This document shows positions 38,301 through 48,665 of a stretch of 64,000 nt of DNA, piece after piece. Source of the stretch: Promethearchaeota archaeon (GTDB taxonomy: Archaea; Asgardarchaeota; Lokiarchaeia; Sigyniarchaeales; SOKP01); NCBI GenBank assembly GCA_048938025.1, contig JBHLMP010000013.1, positions 1 to 64,000 on the forward strand, given 5' to 3'. How positions within the stretch are numbered: position 1 is the first letter of the stretch; each line of letters starts with the position of its first letter. A program made the translations under genes and the position numbers. A model generated the notes under the pieces. It searched no databases, was not told where the DNA came from, and was given only the letters and a program-made list of their open reading frames with translations.

Positions 38301-40199
38301 TTCAGTTAGAACAATTCTACGGGCAAAAACATGTTTTCCAAGGGGATCTTCTTGAGAACTAGTTAGTGTCCCATTAATTTTTGTATTAATAGCCATAGAT
38401 TTTGTAAATGCATCAATAGCAGCTTGGATATTTAATTTTCCATAACCCTCATGAACATCTTTTAAACCAGCTGTTAATGGAGCTAAAGATATATCTGGTG
38501 AATAATCACTTTCATCTACAGTTGTAGTAGATGGATCGTCCTCTCTTTCAAGATTCGTCTCAGATGCGGTTAACAATAATATAGCTTTAATAATTTTAAC
38601 CCAATTAGTTAAATTGAGATTATTCCATTGGTTCCAATTGTCCCATTTCGCCTCAATCAAAAGATTAATTGCTGCTGACACAATTGCAGTAGCTATTGAT
38701 GTACCATATGCTGCAGTAGGATCACTATTAGATTTACTATCAGCAGCTATTATCGATCTTGAACCAGAGATTTTACTACCGCCAGGAGCAACGAGATCTG
38801 GTCTTATAACCCCATTTCCTACATTTTTTCCCATGCTACTATAACTTGTAACTTGATCATGGTCATTTATTGCTCCAACAACTATAGCATTTTTATTAAG
38901 CGCCAATTTATTTAGAGTATTTGACTCTACACCATTATTTCCAGCAGCTATTACTACTAACACTCCGTTCTCTATAACCTCATTAATTACAGTGTTAATG
39001 AAATCGACATCTTCACCTAAAGTTCCAAGACTTAAGCAAACACTTACTATTTTATAAAGTTCTCTATTTTGAATAACATTAGCTAGCGCTGAGATCAAAT
39101 TTGAAGTATATCCAATTCCTGACTGATTTAAAATCTTATAAGCAGCTATTTTTGTGGCATTTGCTATACCAGTAAAATATGAATAACCTTCTACATAAAA
39201 TTCGGGATAATAAGAAATGCTTGCATTAAAATTAAAAGTTGGATTTAAATTTGAGCTATCTGTCAAGTATTTAATACAAAGATCATAGATCCCTTGCCCT
39301 GTTTGGGAGACTTGATGGTTTAAAACATAGATTTCATTAGTATTTTGATTATATGAAAAATTAACTAAATTGTTATTATGATACAGTTCTAACCAAAAAC
39401 CACTAATTCCCGTATCATTTAGATCCCAAATCGAACTTATTATAATGTTTGAATCTTCTTTAGAAACATTAAAGGAGCAAATCTTAAATGTATAATTATC
39501 AGAGAGAAATCCACTCTCAAATAATTTTAGATGAGAATATTCTCCATGTAAGTTCAAAATTGTTGGATTTATTGAGTTATATGGATCTGTACCTGTTCCA
39601 GCTATAACAGAAGAAATAAAGGTGCCATGACCATTATCATCAGAGATAGGATCTGTATTCACAAAATTCTCCCATCCAATAATACTTCCAGATAAGAAAT
39701 TATGATTCGAATTTACCCCAGTATCTAAAACTGCCACAGAAGCATCTGTATCGCCTTTATACCCATTTATACCCCACGTTGAATTAACAGCTTTAGATTG
39801 TAATGTAGCATAATTCATTTGAGCTTTTATAATTTCATCAGTTTCAATATTAGCTTCAGGAAATTCCTGTTGATATAATTTGATATTTGTTTCATTAGCC
39901 ATGATTCCAGCAAAACCAGATATCGAACTAAATTGATTATTCCATTCTGTTTTAATTATACCCTCATAATATTCAACAAACCTATTTTTTACTGTAGGAT
40001 TATATGATGATTGATTAAAAAAAACAATTATATTATTACTATTACCATTTGAATTTTTGAGGTGAATTTTTTGTATATTTTCAACTAAATAAACTTCTGA
40101 ACTGTCTAAACATAATATATTGAGGATTGAAAGAATCAGAATAAACATCAAAATAATTCCTTTATATTGTCTTTTTGATTTAATCACCTTTCTCCTCAC
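35376..40199 (-). CDS. Membrane-anchored S8 subtilase, multidomain, with cytoplasmic Cys-rich Zn-finger tail
   Basis: Signal; I9-like prodomain; VLDTG, DNGHGT, AAGN, PDLVAPG, GTSIA; beta-rich domains; TM; CKSC/CPIC/CENC/CKNKRC. Confidence 0.9.
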   Translation of the reverse strand: MRRKVIKSKRQYKGIILMFILILSILNILCLDSSEVYLVENIQKIHLKNSNGNSNNIIVFFNQSSYNPTVKNRFVEYYEGIIKTEWNNQFSSISGFAGIMANETNIKLYQQEFPEANIETDEIIKAQMNYATLQSKAVNSTWGINGYKGDTDASVAVLDTGVNSNHNFLSGSIIGWENFVNTDPISDDNGHGTFISSVIAGTGTDPYNSINPTILNLHGEYSHLKLFESGFLSDNYTFKICSFNVSKEDSNIIISSIWDLNDTGISGFWLELYHNNNLVNFSYNQNTNEIYVLNHQVSQTGQGIYDLCIKYLTDSSNLNPTFNFNASISYYPEFYVEGYSYFTGIANATKIAAYKILNQSGIGYTSNLISALANVIQNRELYKIVSVCLSLGTLGEDVDFINTVINEVIENGVLVVIAAGNNGVESNTLNKLALNKNAIVVGAINDHDQVTSYSSMGKNVGNGVIRPDLVAPGGSKISGSRSIIAADSKSNSDPTAAYGTSIATAIVSAAINLLIEAKWDNWNQWNNLNLTNWVKIIKAILLLTASETNLEREDDPSTTTVDESDYSPDISLAPLTAGLKDVHEGYGKLNIQAAIDAFTKSMAINTKINGTLTSSQEDPLGKHVFARRIVLTENEQYLFNLTGVNENADLDLFLFSNESNYYGEPILLESSQKWYGDFNSFYFTPKKNQTECIVVIKVIEGSSSFALNVSIVENNFKPELNVPEIIYADGSKNTTIMSQQEFLGTNPNKNYSIDSFRFYIDYFDNDTSNVPPQEVYVSIIEISKNYTLTQFNPFDNNYTDGALYISPYIQFPGPETYHYFFIGTDGLYQAKYPGIGQLEIKIEFPTDSESFPYNHSFNEGLGNWTITGTGWDTLYQINSNDNRSRIFENSWNSIYFGTYHNSPINYTYQPIKLTEDPYPNGTLYSPLFDLTNLNENTTKPFAKFGVRVSINSGDYVFLQINLNWTGWNTLRIYSNEERDWFLEEINLTEYIGNFIQFRFETALDDDFDAINYKGFILDYFTVENYTNNNPPLLYFNLTNNISTIEGSEYQKFIFSCNYYDLDNNYPEYIYIEIENDNYTMINVFGDWNANSNLSSDHGILFIKSLILGDFVNQSFRFHFSDGSYIDTTPWYNQNNTLFEFINLNPLQFNVNYSNKLIGYEFSNTALEDYFVVGTPTPKENTAWLRGDNTWHSIPRLQQHYLYGGIGQSFGSDVQGYGTDWNAQLMTYPLQLGTEYDVYLEFDYEISLQNEYEFLVPEDQIDRCIVSISDDFGSTWHVLKEYTYDSEDLYGSEKFDISEYSGEVIMIKFALDTNEYIVGLGWGWLLSNIYVGYDKSTDFIAPEIQIINPKNDDVISSTVSIKANITDNVELDTSRIYIYLKDKSVDRQNLIFNSTTGILEFKWDTTKYKDGNYEIRIVAFDKEGNRAEQSIIVEVDNGLIDWRTWGPYIFLIIGVIIAGIILYIISEKKGKIWIEKVRNIHAEKVRIKDIDKDQAIKRIELIELEEEMRKPLILYCKSCRSWFSSNTFDIMCPICDHDQIFAAYLCENCKKWYFKDEPSEKYYCKNKRCEGIRLIRRDKEEVQEILAKEGKILRKFDTKKKKFSILDF

Positions 40200-43100
40200 T
40201 ATAGCGTTTTGATTGATTTAATGTTTCCTTTCTTAAAATAGAATCATTCTGTTTATTGATTATGCTTAAACTTTCTCTTAATGTATGTTCTACTTTAAGA
40301 ATTGAATCTCTTGAACTGAGCTTAAATACTTCTCTTTCACTTCTTCGAAACTCATGGCGTTTTGATTTGTATTTATTGATTTGCCAGATATATATTAAAA
40401 AAATAGCCAAAACAATAATACTTGGTATAATAATATAGGATAGTTGTTCAATCCGAGATGTGTTAATTTTAATTCTGACTTCATTTGAATGTACTTCTTG
40501 TTTGAGTAAATAGTAATATGAAATTGAGGCTGGTTTCAAACTAACAATACCTTGCTTTTTAGCTTTAAGTGTATAGTTGAAGGAGAACTTTTCTCCTGGT
40601 TTTATACATGAAATTATATTAACTAATTTTCCTTCAACTAGTTGAAAATCAGATTGCGAATAACTTATCATATCGTTTATTCTAATATTTTTAATACAAA
40701 TGCTCCCTGTATGCTCAATATTAATATTAATTATTATTTTATCTCCAATATCTATTTCAACTTTATTTACTGATTTATTAAGTGAAAAACTGATAGTACC
40801 AAGAATTATTGACTTTGAACTATAGATTTGTATAGCTCTACTTTCAGAACTCTCAAAATAATTAATAGCTGGGTAGTAATATCCTTTCCAATCTTTCTTT
40901 TTGAAGGTGACATTAAAAGAAATTATCTTGTCATAAGTAGTGTTTTTGAAAGTTAAATCATTATCATCAATCCTAATCAAATCGCCAAATTGATCACCCA
41001 TAGAGATGTTAAGATCAGGAATATTAAATCCAACTGGTCCTATATTTTCAATATAAACCGTCATATTGAAAATATCTCCTATTTCTGGGGCATAATCAGT
41101 TTGATTAGAAATAAAATAATCAATTTCAATGGTTCTTACAAAAGGAATATTTCTATTATAATCCACTGGGGCTGAAATATACAATTCATTCGTTGATGCA
41201 ATTAATTTTGAAGAATTTCCTCCTTCGAGATATTCTGGATTATCATAACTAATCTGAACATCACTAATGGATCTAGTATTTGGGGTGAAGAAAGAGAAGT
41301 TGATTGTAATCTCCTCGTTAGGAAAGAGTTCTGATAAGTTATAGGTCAAATTATTATTTTTAAGCGTAAAGTCCATACTATTATTCATAATTCCTGGAAT
41401 TAAAAGTGAAATACTGATATTTTTGGCAATATTAGAACCTATATTTCTAAAAGTTAAAATGTATGTATTGACATCCCCAACTTTTGAGTTATATTTCGTT
41501 AAATAGGAAAACGCTACTATTGAAGCCATATCATATGTACTAAGAGTAATTGAGTTAGATTTCGCTTCGAAATTTACATTCCCGGATGGAGAACTAAATG
41601 CAACTCGAGATCCTGATACGTCATAATTATTGATATCTCTTATATAAAATTCTATATCAAGATCATTAATTGAAATATTGAAGGCAACAGAATCGATGCC
41701 ATATATTTTAAGAAACAGAATATAATCATTTGGAGCAGAAGGATCGAATAGCCAATCCAAACCCTCACCATAATTTATGAATGAAAATGTCAATGAATTG
41801 TTATTTACTTGAGAGGTTATATATGGAGTAATATCTTGGTATTCGCCAATAGAATAATTGAAAATTTCAAAATTTAAATTATTTGAGGGGTCTGAGAAAT
41901 TTATTAAAATAGATACTCTTTCCAAAGTATTATTTACAAGATCTATTAACGTATCGTTTTTAAATTGAAAATGAATCTCTATTTCATGTTGATCAACATA
42001 TCTTTCCTCGGATTCAATATTCCAACTTTCGTTATCTATTTCTAAAGCCATCTGTGGATTTGTTTCTCCTATTGTGACACCTGAGATTATTGCAGGAAAT
42101 TCTGGAAAAGTCTCTTTAATTGTAAAATTAGAAGTATAAAAGGGTGTAAATGTATCAATTGAATCAATTGAAAAATTTGAATAAATATATGATATTATTC
42201 CTTCTGGTTCTATTTTCCAATTATCATCATTCCAAATACTATTATTATTTGTAAAAATATCTTTAAGTTCATTAGGAGTTAAGCCTAGAGCTCCAAGTGC
42301 AGCAATTAATTGGGGATACCCTGTTATAATAATATCAATTACATTATCCATTTTCTCATTATAAGGCCATAAATTTGAAAAATTCGTAAGATCTGGAAAG
42401 AATTGGTCAAACATACCAACTCCTAGTGAATCAAAATAAAAAATTCGTGGATCTTCGTCAAAGTTAAAAAAATTTTCTAAAGAATCGTATTGATTTGGAT
42501 ACTCAATTCTAACTATTTCCCAAATAGTATTTTTAAACTGATCTGCGAGAGGTTGATTTCCTAAAGTTAATAATAGAAAAATATCATTGAGGTCAAAAGG
42601 TATAGGTGTAGGTACGCCCCAAACAGTGATATTTCCTATGTTACAAGCAGTTATATTAAACTGAAATTCACGATAAGCACCATAAGAAGCATTATCTCCA
42701 ATTAGTTCTTTTGAAATTCTCATATTTTGTTCAGCATAGGAAATATTATAAGTTACTATAAAGTCACCAATTGGATTTAAGATACCCGTAGGAATAAATG
42801 TAAAACCTTTGAATCCTAATTGTCGTAAAAAGTTTACAATGTCATAAGGATCGTTTAAGTTTACTGGTGTGGTATAACTTCTCTTCACACCTTCTTCATT
42901 AAACCAAAATAAGTCAAAAGAGTAATCTTTTAGGGCTTGAATATCGAAATCTACTCCTGCTAAATATAAAATTAAACCAATTTGCTCTAAAAGAAAATCA
43001 TTGAATTGTAAATTTTGAGGATAAAAATCAATTATTTCAGTAGATAGAATATTTATTTCAATATCACTCAAAAACGCACCTGCTAAGGCAATATATATTT

Positions 43101-44202
43101 TTTCACTTGGTCCCAGTGGATCTCCATTATATCCTAATGCATCCCACAAATTGAAGGTATATTGATTTGGACCGACGTTTTTTGTCCCTTCCTCCCTACC
43201 TTCATACTGAACCATTAAACTGGTATAATGAGAATCATTTGATAGTGTAAAAGAACCTATTAAATCAATAAATTGCTCTAATTCTTCCTCTGAAATTGTT
43301 GCATTAAGGATATCACCATAATTTTCTATTATTGTTTCAAATTGGGCTGTTAGATCTTCAGTTTGCAGATTTTCAAGAAAAGTTAAGTCAAGAGAATCAA
43401 TATTAAAATTCACTTGATCTGTTATTATATCAAAATCACCTTCAAAAAAGTCCAGTGTATTTATAAATATAATTGTTGATGACACATGATAATTATTTAA
43501 GTAATCTTCACTAGTTAAGCGATCGATATCTAAAGCTTTCCAATAACCATCCATTGGAAGATTAGTAGTGATCTCTCTAAGATAAATTTCCCAATTGGGA
43601 AAGTGCCCTATGAATGGAAAAAAATAGGGTTCTGATATATTGAGCAGGATAAGATCAATCTGAAATTTTCTTTTTATAATTTCAAGTGCCCGTTCTGCTC
43701 TTAATTGAGCATCATTAGGATCCAATTCGTTATCATAATATAGAAATCCAGTAAAACCATTGAAACTTAATGCATATTCAGCACTAATATCACTATCAGT
43801 TAATACTCTTGGAAATATCTCTGGATTAATTGCATTAGATGCACTAAGAAGAATATTGCATTTGTAAAATGCAGGATCATTTGTATCAAATTGACTGAGA
43901 ATAGAAGTATCATTTGTAAAAAGTGACTGCTTAATTATTGATTTGTCTCCTGCCACATAAGCATTAATCTGCTCAGCATAAAGATCTGTTCCTGCAATAT
44001 CCGAAGGCTCAAGATAGTTCTCTTCGAAGTCATCATTATCGAATTTTTCATTTTCATTTAATAAATAATTTCCAAAGTTGATCTCAAGACTGTAACTTAG
44101 AAATGTAAAGAGGAATAACAAAACAATCAGAAAACCAACCACTTTTTTAATATATTTTATAGTAAAATTCTCCTCCTCACATAGTTTCCCTATATATATC
44201 AA
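40180..44202 (-). CDS. Large acidic secreted/anchored surface protein with DUF11/CARDB-like Ig domains
   Basis: N-terminal hydrophobic segment; repeated (F/I)xNIG..A motifs; many NxS/T sequons; C-terminal TM and basic tail; start codon uncertain (TTG). Confidence 0.75.
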   Translation of the reverse strand: MIYIGKLCEEENFTIKYIKKVVGFLIVLLFLFTFLSYSLEINFGNYLLNENEKFDNDDFEENYLEPSDIAGTDLYAEQINAYVAGDKSIIKQSLFTNDTSILSQFDTNDPAFYKCNILLSASNAINPEIFPRVLTDSDISAEYALSFNGFTGFLYYDNELDPNDAQLRAERALEIIKRKFQIDLILLNISEPYFFPFIGHFPNWEIYLREITTNLPMDGYWKALDIDRLTSEDYLNNYHVSSTIIFINTLDFFEGDFDIITDQVNFNIDSLDLTFLENLQTEDLTAQFETIIENYGDILNATISEEELEQFIDLIGSFTLSNDSHYTSLMVQYEGREEGTKNVGPNQYTFNLWDALGYNGDPLGPSEKIYIALAGAFLSDIEINILSTEIIDFYPQNLQFNDFLLEQIGLILYLAGVDFDIQALKDYSFDLFWFNEEGVKRSYTTPVNLNDPYDIVNFLRQLGFKGFTFIPTGILNPIGDFIVTYNISYAEQNMRISKELIGDNASYGAYREFQFNITACNIGNITVWGVPTPIPFDLNDIFLLLTLGNQPLADQFKNTIWEIVRIEYPNQYDSLENFFNFDEDPRIFYFDSLGVGMFDQFFPDLTNFSNLWPYNEKMDNVIDIIITGYPQLIAALGALGLTPNELKDIFTNNNSIWNDDNWKIEPEGIISYIYSNFSIDSIDTFTPFYTSNFTIKETFPEFPAIISGVTIGETNPQMALEIDNESWNIESEERYVDQHEIEIHFQFKNDTLIDLVNNTLERVSILINFSDPSNNLNFEIFNYSIGEYQDITPYITSQVNNNSLTFSFINYGEGLDWLFDPSAPNDYILFLKIYGIDSVAFNISINDLDIEFYIRDINNYDVSGSRVAFSSPSGNVNFEAKSNSITLSTYDMASIVAFSYLTKYNSKVGDVNTYILTFRNIGSNIAKNISISLLIPGIMNNSMDFTLKNNNLTYNLSELFPNEEITINFSFFTPNTRSISDVQISYDNPEYLEGGNSSKLIASTNELYISAPVDYNRNIPFVRTIEIDYFISNQTDYAPEIGDIFNMTVYIENIGPVGFNIPDLNISMGDQFGDLIRIDDNDLTFKNTTYDKIISFNVTFKKKDWKGYYYPAINYFESSESRAIQIYSSKSIILGTISFSLNKSVNKVEIDIGDKIIININIEHTGSICIKNIRINDMISYSQSDFQLVEGKLVNIISCIKPGEKFSFNYTLKAKKQGIVSLKPASISYYYLLKQEVHSNEVRIKINTSRIEQLSYIIIPSIIVLAIFLIYIWQINKYKSKRHEFRRSEREVFKLSSRDSILKVEHTLRESLSIINKQNDSILRKETLNQSKRYSEEKGD

Positions 44203-47164
44203 CTATTTTCTTTTTCCTTGCTTTTCTTAATAATACTACCATACCAACTAAAATAAGTATTAAAGAAAGGGAGAAGATTACAATGACATTAAACCATGGA
44301 AAAGTTAAAACATCAGGCATTTCAGTGAGCAATGTTAAATTTGAAGTAACAAGCCATGCTGTAAGCCAGCCTACTATTGTTCCTATGATTCCACTACTAA
44401 TCATAATAATTAGTGATTCAATTATGAATAATCGATTTATATCTCTACCTTTCAAACCTAATGTTCTAACAATACCAATTTCTTTTTTTCTCTCAATTAT
44501 CGTTGAATATGAAGAAGAAAGCAATCCAAAAATACAAATAAACACGGTGGTCATCGCAATTAATGTAAAGAGCGTATCCAACACAAAAAATGCTCCCTGT
44601 TGTTGGGCAATCATACTTTGAAGATTGATCAATTCGTAATTATAATCATTTTGATAATTATCATTTATTTGATTCACGACATAATTAGTTAATGATTTTG
44701 TATTCTCTCGAAGCTTAATAAAAACCTTATCTAGATATGGAACTGGAGGAATGTCCATAATTTCTATGTAAGTTTCATGAGAGATTAATACACCCCCCAT
44801 AACTGCTCGTTGTCTTGAACTTGCAAACTCTACTGCAAATCCAGGCATTTTTCTTGCAATACCAACTATTTTAAATACGTAGATTTCCATTTCATCCCCT
44901 CTGTGAACTACAATTCTAACGAGTTCGCCAAAATGTAATGATAGTTCTATAGAGACAGCTTCTGAGATAATGCAAGTGAATAGTTCATCATAATTAAACA
45001 CATCATTAAAAGAATTTTTAATAGTACCTGAAGTCATTTCTATATATTTATTTTTTACAGTAAAAGGATATTCTTCATCTATACCAAGTAAAGTTATTTC
45101 TTGGGTATTTAATCCGGCATAATCACCTAATTCTACTATAAACTCTTCATCATCTTCAGCATATATTTGAGTTAGCTGATAAGGTCGAGCTAAAACTGAG
45201 GATACTTTTTCAATTCCATCAATAGTTAATAATTCTTCTTCAATCTCTAAAGTCATAATTTTATTTAGATTAATAGCGGCTAGACCATTATGTATCTTCA
45301 TCTCGTCTGAATTTATGGTTGAAAAACCACCCACAGTTAAAAATCCTTGTTCTTCCTCTTCTTCAGGTTCTTCCCATCCTAGAGTTTCTATAATTAAATC
45401 AGAACCATAAGTTAAACTTGTCATGGCAGAACTTTGAGCAGATAATGTTTGAATAACAGTGGAAGTGAAAATGACGAAGGAAAAGGATAATGCAAATATG
45501 ATAACAGAGCTAGAATTTCTTCGCTGATATCTAAAAACAAATATTCTAATTACATTATGTAAACGTTTTGAAAGAGGCCTAAAAAGTTCTATTACTAATC
45601 TTAAAATTAGGGGCATTAACCCTAATCCTGCTAAAGTTAATCCAATATTGAAAATTAATAAAATGGCAATTAAAGTTCCTGCAAATAATGTAAGATCACC
45701 TGAAACAAGTATTCGTGGTATAACAAAAAAGACAAAACCACCATTAGCAGCTAATATAATTCCAACTAATATTAGTTTATAATTAACTGCGGCTTTTTTT
45801 TGCAAATGGTATAATGTATCTTCATGGCGATACGGGTGAATTGACTCAATAAGTTGAAGTCGCATCACTTTAAGAGCAGGAGAAATTGTAACTATCATAC
45901 CAACACTTACACCCATTACATATGCTATTAAAATCGACCACCAATTAAAAGAATAAGTTAATGCAGTAAATCCAATCATACCTTGAGCGATAACCCTATT
46001 GGCGAAGGGAATAATAATAAAACGAGTTACAACGTCAGCGGTTATGATACCTAATATTGACCCAAAATTACATAATAGAAATCCTTGGACTAAGACAATA
46101 GCTAAATTATATTTCTTATTGGCACCTAAGGTTCTAAAAATCCCAAATTCTCTAATTCTTTCCTCTACAGACGTTTTTAGTATTCCATTAATTAAAACTC
46201 CAGAAATAAGCATAGCTACTATTGACACGAAAACAAAAATAACCACAATTAGAACACTTAGAAATTCAGAATAACCTAATATCCTAAGTTTAGGTAATTC
46301 GATATAATATTCATTAATACCTAAGGCCAATTGAATTTTACCAGCAATTCTTTTTACTGCTCTTTCGGATTTTTCAAAATTTCTAACGTCGTAAAGCTTA
46401 TTTCCTTCTTTAAAAGTTAAAATTAATTCACTACATCTTCCATCAAACTCATTATATCCAAAATATGTATATAGTGTATCAACATCAACAACAATAAGAT
46501 GATTATCACGGTATTCAGCAGGCCATTTTAAATTGTAATCAAAGATCTTATCTATTGTAAGATTTTGTGTTCTATATAAGGTAATATTCCCATGTGTTAA
46601 TCTCATATTAATTTCAATAAAATCATTCTCAGAATATTTAATTACATCATTAAATCCTTTATAGATAGCACAATGACTTAATGGTAGCTCTGTTAGATCG
46701 AGTAAGTCATTTGAATTTGGCTGAATAAAAGCCCCAAATCTTATATCATTCTCTAATGTAAAATTAATTCCACAGATTGTTGTCCAAGCTTTTTCATCTG
46801 TTAAATTGGAAGTATGAAAACCTTCTGAGATATTCACATCACCACTTACTTCCATTCTTGGTATAAAATTTTTTATATCATTTGATGCATTTTGAACTTT
46901 TTTAATAATCTCATCATATTCAAAATAAGAAGATCTATCCTCTGGTTCTCCATTATAATGTCTAACAGAGATTACCGCATCTTGATTACCGGCTTCAATT
47001 GTTAGATAATTAACATAACTATAAGAAATTGAATCAGATAAAAACAAAACAACTGTAAGCAGACCTATTGATATTAGTACCCCAATTATAGCTAAAATTG
47101 ATCTTATTTTCTGTTTTCTTAAATCTAAGAATGCATATTTAAAAATTAGTTTAAAATGGGTCAT
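44177..47164 (-). CDS. MacB/FtsX-type ABC permease (two fused FtsX halves), paralog of 32353..35328
   Basis: SVEERIREFGIFRTLG, ERKKEIGIVRTLG. Confidence 0.9.
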   Translation of the reverse strand: MTHFKLIFKYAFLDLRKQKIRSILAIIGVLISIGLLTVVLFLSDSISYSYVNYLTIEAGNQDAVISVRHYNGEPEDRSSYFEYDEIIKKVQNASNDIKNFIPRMEVSGDVNISEGFHTSNLTDEKAWTTICGINFTLENDIRFGAFIQPNSNDLLDLTELPLSHCAIYKGFNDVIKYSENDFIEINMRLTHGNITLYRTQNLTIDKIFDYNLKWPAEYRDNHLIVVDVDTLYTYFGYNEFDGRCSELILTFKEGNKLYDVRNFEKSERAVKRIAGKIQLALGINEYYIELPKLRILGYSEFLSVLIVVIFVFVSIVAMLISGVLINGILKTSVEERIREFGIFRTLGANKKYNLAIVLVQGFLLCNFGSILGIITADVVTRFIIIPFANRVIAQGMIGFTALTYSFNWWSILIAYVMGVSVGMIVTISPALKVMRLQLIESIHPYRHEDTLYHLQKKAAVNYKLILVGIILAANGGFVFFVIPRILVSGDLTLFAGTLIAILLIFNIGLTLAGLGLMPLILRLVIELFRPLSKRLHNVIRIFVFRYQRRNSSSVIIFALSFSFVIFTSTVIQTLSAQSSAMTSLTYGSDLIIETLGWEEPEEEEEQGFLTVGGFSTINSDEMKIHNGLAAINLNKIMTLEIEEELLTIDGIEKVSSVLARPYQLTQIYAEDDEEFIVELGDYAGLNTQEITLLGIDEEYPFTVKNKYIEMTSGTIKNSFNDVFNYDELFTCIISEAVSIELSLHFGELVRIVVHRGDEMEIYVFKIVGIARKMPGFAVEFASSRQRAVMGGVLISHETYIEIMDIPPVPYLDKVFIKLRENTKSLTNYVVNQINDNYQNDYNYELINLQSMIAQQQGAFFVLDTLFTLIAMTTVFICIFGLLSSSYSTIIERKKEIGIVRTLGLKGRDINRLFIIESLIIMISSGIIGTIVGWLTAWLVTSNLTLLTEMPDVLTFPWFNVIVIFSLSLILILVGMVVLLRKARKKKIVDIYRETM

Positions 47165-47212
47165 ATAGTTTAGACTTCTATAATATTTTAATTCAAAATA
47201 TATCTTAAAGAT

Positions 47213-48391
47213 TCATTGTAAGATTAATAAATCTCCTTCAATTTTTCCAAAAAGGTTATTTTCTTCTATTAATTCTGTTAAAATATCATTGAAATGCTCC
47301 GGTAAATTCATTATTATTGTAGAAGGGATATTATCTTTAATATCACTTATTCTTATTTCTGTTTTACTTTGATTGGCAAAGAGATATTGAAAGATTTTGC
47401 TTTTGCACTTTTCCTTATTAATTTCTGTTTCTTGTTGTCGTCTAATTTGCATAACCTCAGTTTCTTTTAAACCAGCTACTTTTCCTTCATGAGTTAATTT
47501 TCCATCTCTCATATGAAATACTCTAGATGCAAATTCAGAAACAGCGGCATCATGACTTACTGCAATAAAAGTAGCACCCTTCCTATTTAAATCTCTAAGA
47601 AGATTTAATATCATTACACCGGTTTTTGAATCTAAATCACCAGTTGGCTCATCTAATACACAAATTGCTGGATCGTTTGCAAATGCTCTAGCAATCGCTA
47701 CTCTTTGTTGTTCTCCACCACTCAATTCTGAAGGAGTATGGTGTGCTCTCTCATCTAACCCAACTAACCTTAGAAGATCCATTGCCCTCTTTCTTTTTCC
47801 TCTGCGACTTAATTTTCCTGAAAAATGTAAAGGAACCATAACATTTTCCATTGCAGTCATTTGAGGAAGGAGATTATAGAATTGAAACACAAATCCTATT
47901 CTTTCTCTTCTAATTTCCGCTAAGTCATTATCTGAAAGCATGCTAATGTTGCGCCCTTCTAAAAAGATTTTTCCTCTCGTTGGAGTATCAAGTCCTCCAA
48001 CTAAATTGAGTAAAGTTGTTTTTCCAGAACCAGAAGGACCCATAATATCAATAAAGTCTCCATTATCTATTGTTAAATCCACTCCTCTCAATGCTGCTAC
48101 AGCCGTCGTACCAAGCAGGTATGTTTTATGTAAATTTTCAACCACAATTAAATGTTCATAATCTTTTCCTGCCATTCTATCTTGTTTAATCTCTTTTTTC
48201 ATCTTTTTTTTCTCTATTCGAGATTCAGACAATATCTCAGTTTTCTGGCGCTTAATTTCATCTTTCTTTTTCTTTTCTTTCCATTTTTCAAAATCTTTTG
48301 AAATAGTACCTCTCCAAACTGCCAGTTTTCCAGTTTCTTCTTCATATTGCTCCATTAATGAGGTTTTTTTTACTGTGAGTGGTTTAGTCAT
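47213..48391 (-). CDS. LolD/MacB-type ABC ATPase with N- and C-terminal extra domains
   Basis: GPSGSGKT, GFVFQFYNL, LSGGEQQR, DEPTGDLD, SHD. Confidence 0.93.
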   Translation of the reverse strand: MTKPLTVKKTSLMEQYEEETGKLAVWRGTISKDFEKWKEKKKKDEIKRQKTEILSESRIEKKKMKKEIKQDRMAGKDYEHLIVVENLHKTYLLGTTAVAALRGVDLTIDNGDFIDIMGPSGSGKTTLLNLVGGLDTPTRGKIFLEGRNISMLSDNDLAEIRRERIGFVFQFYNLLPQMTAMENVMVPLHFSGKLSRRGKRKRAMDLLRLVGLDERAHHTPSELSGGEQQRVAIARAFANDPAICVLDEPTGDLDSKTGVMILNLLRDLNRKGATFIAVSHDAAVSEFASRVFHMRDGKLTHEGKVAGLKETEVMQIRRQQETEINKEKCKSKIFQYLFANQSKTEIRISDIKDNIPSTIIMNLPEHFNDILTELIEENNLFGKIEGDLLILQ

Positions 48392-48665
48392 TAAAAATCC
48401 CTTTTAGTTTAAATTTTTATAATATAATTTGCTTTAAAATTAAATTTCAAATTATCCAATTATATTTTATCATTATAATATTGTAATGCTGTATTAAATT
48501 TTTTTTCCAGATTTTCCTTCTTCCATGGTTACGTGAATATTAAAAATCATATAAAACTTAAGATTCTATTTTGGTAGAATGTTTGAGAAATTATCTTTTA
48601 CTTATTAATAAGTGAAATAGGAAAGAGAAATTTTAGTTTAAGTCAATAGATCTTTAGAAATAACA

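Noticed and set aside
44150-44202. Possible AUA start for the 1340-aa gene after GAGGAGG
   Set aside because: TTG upstream and GTG downstream are alternatives; cannot be resolved from sequence
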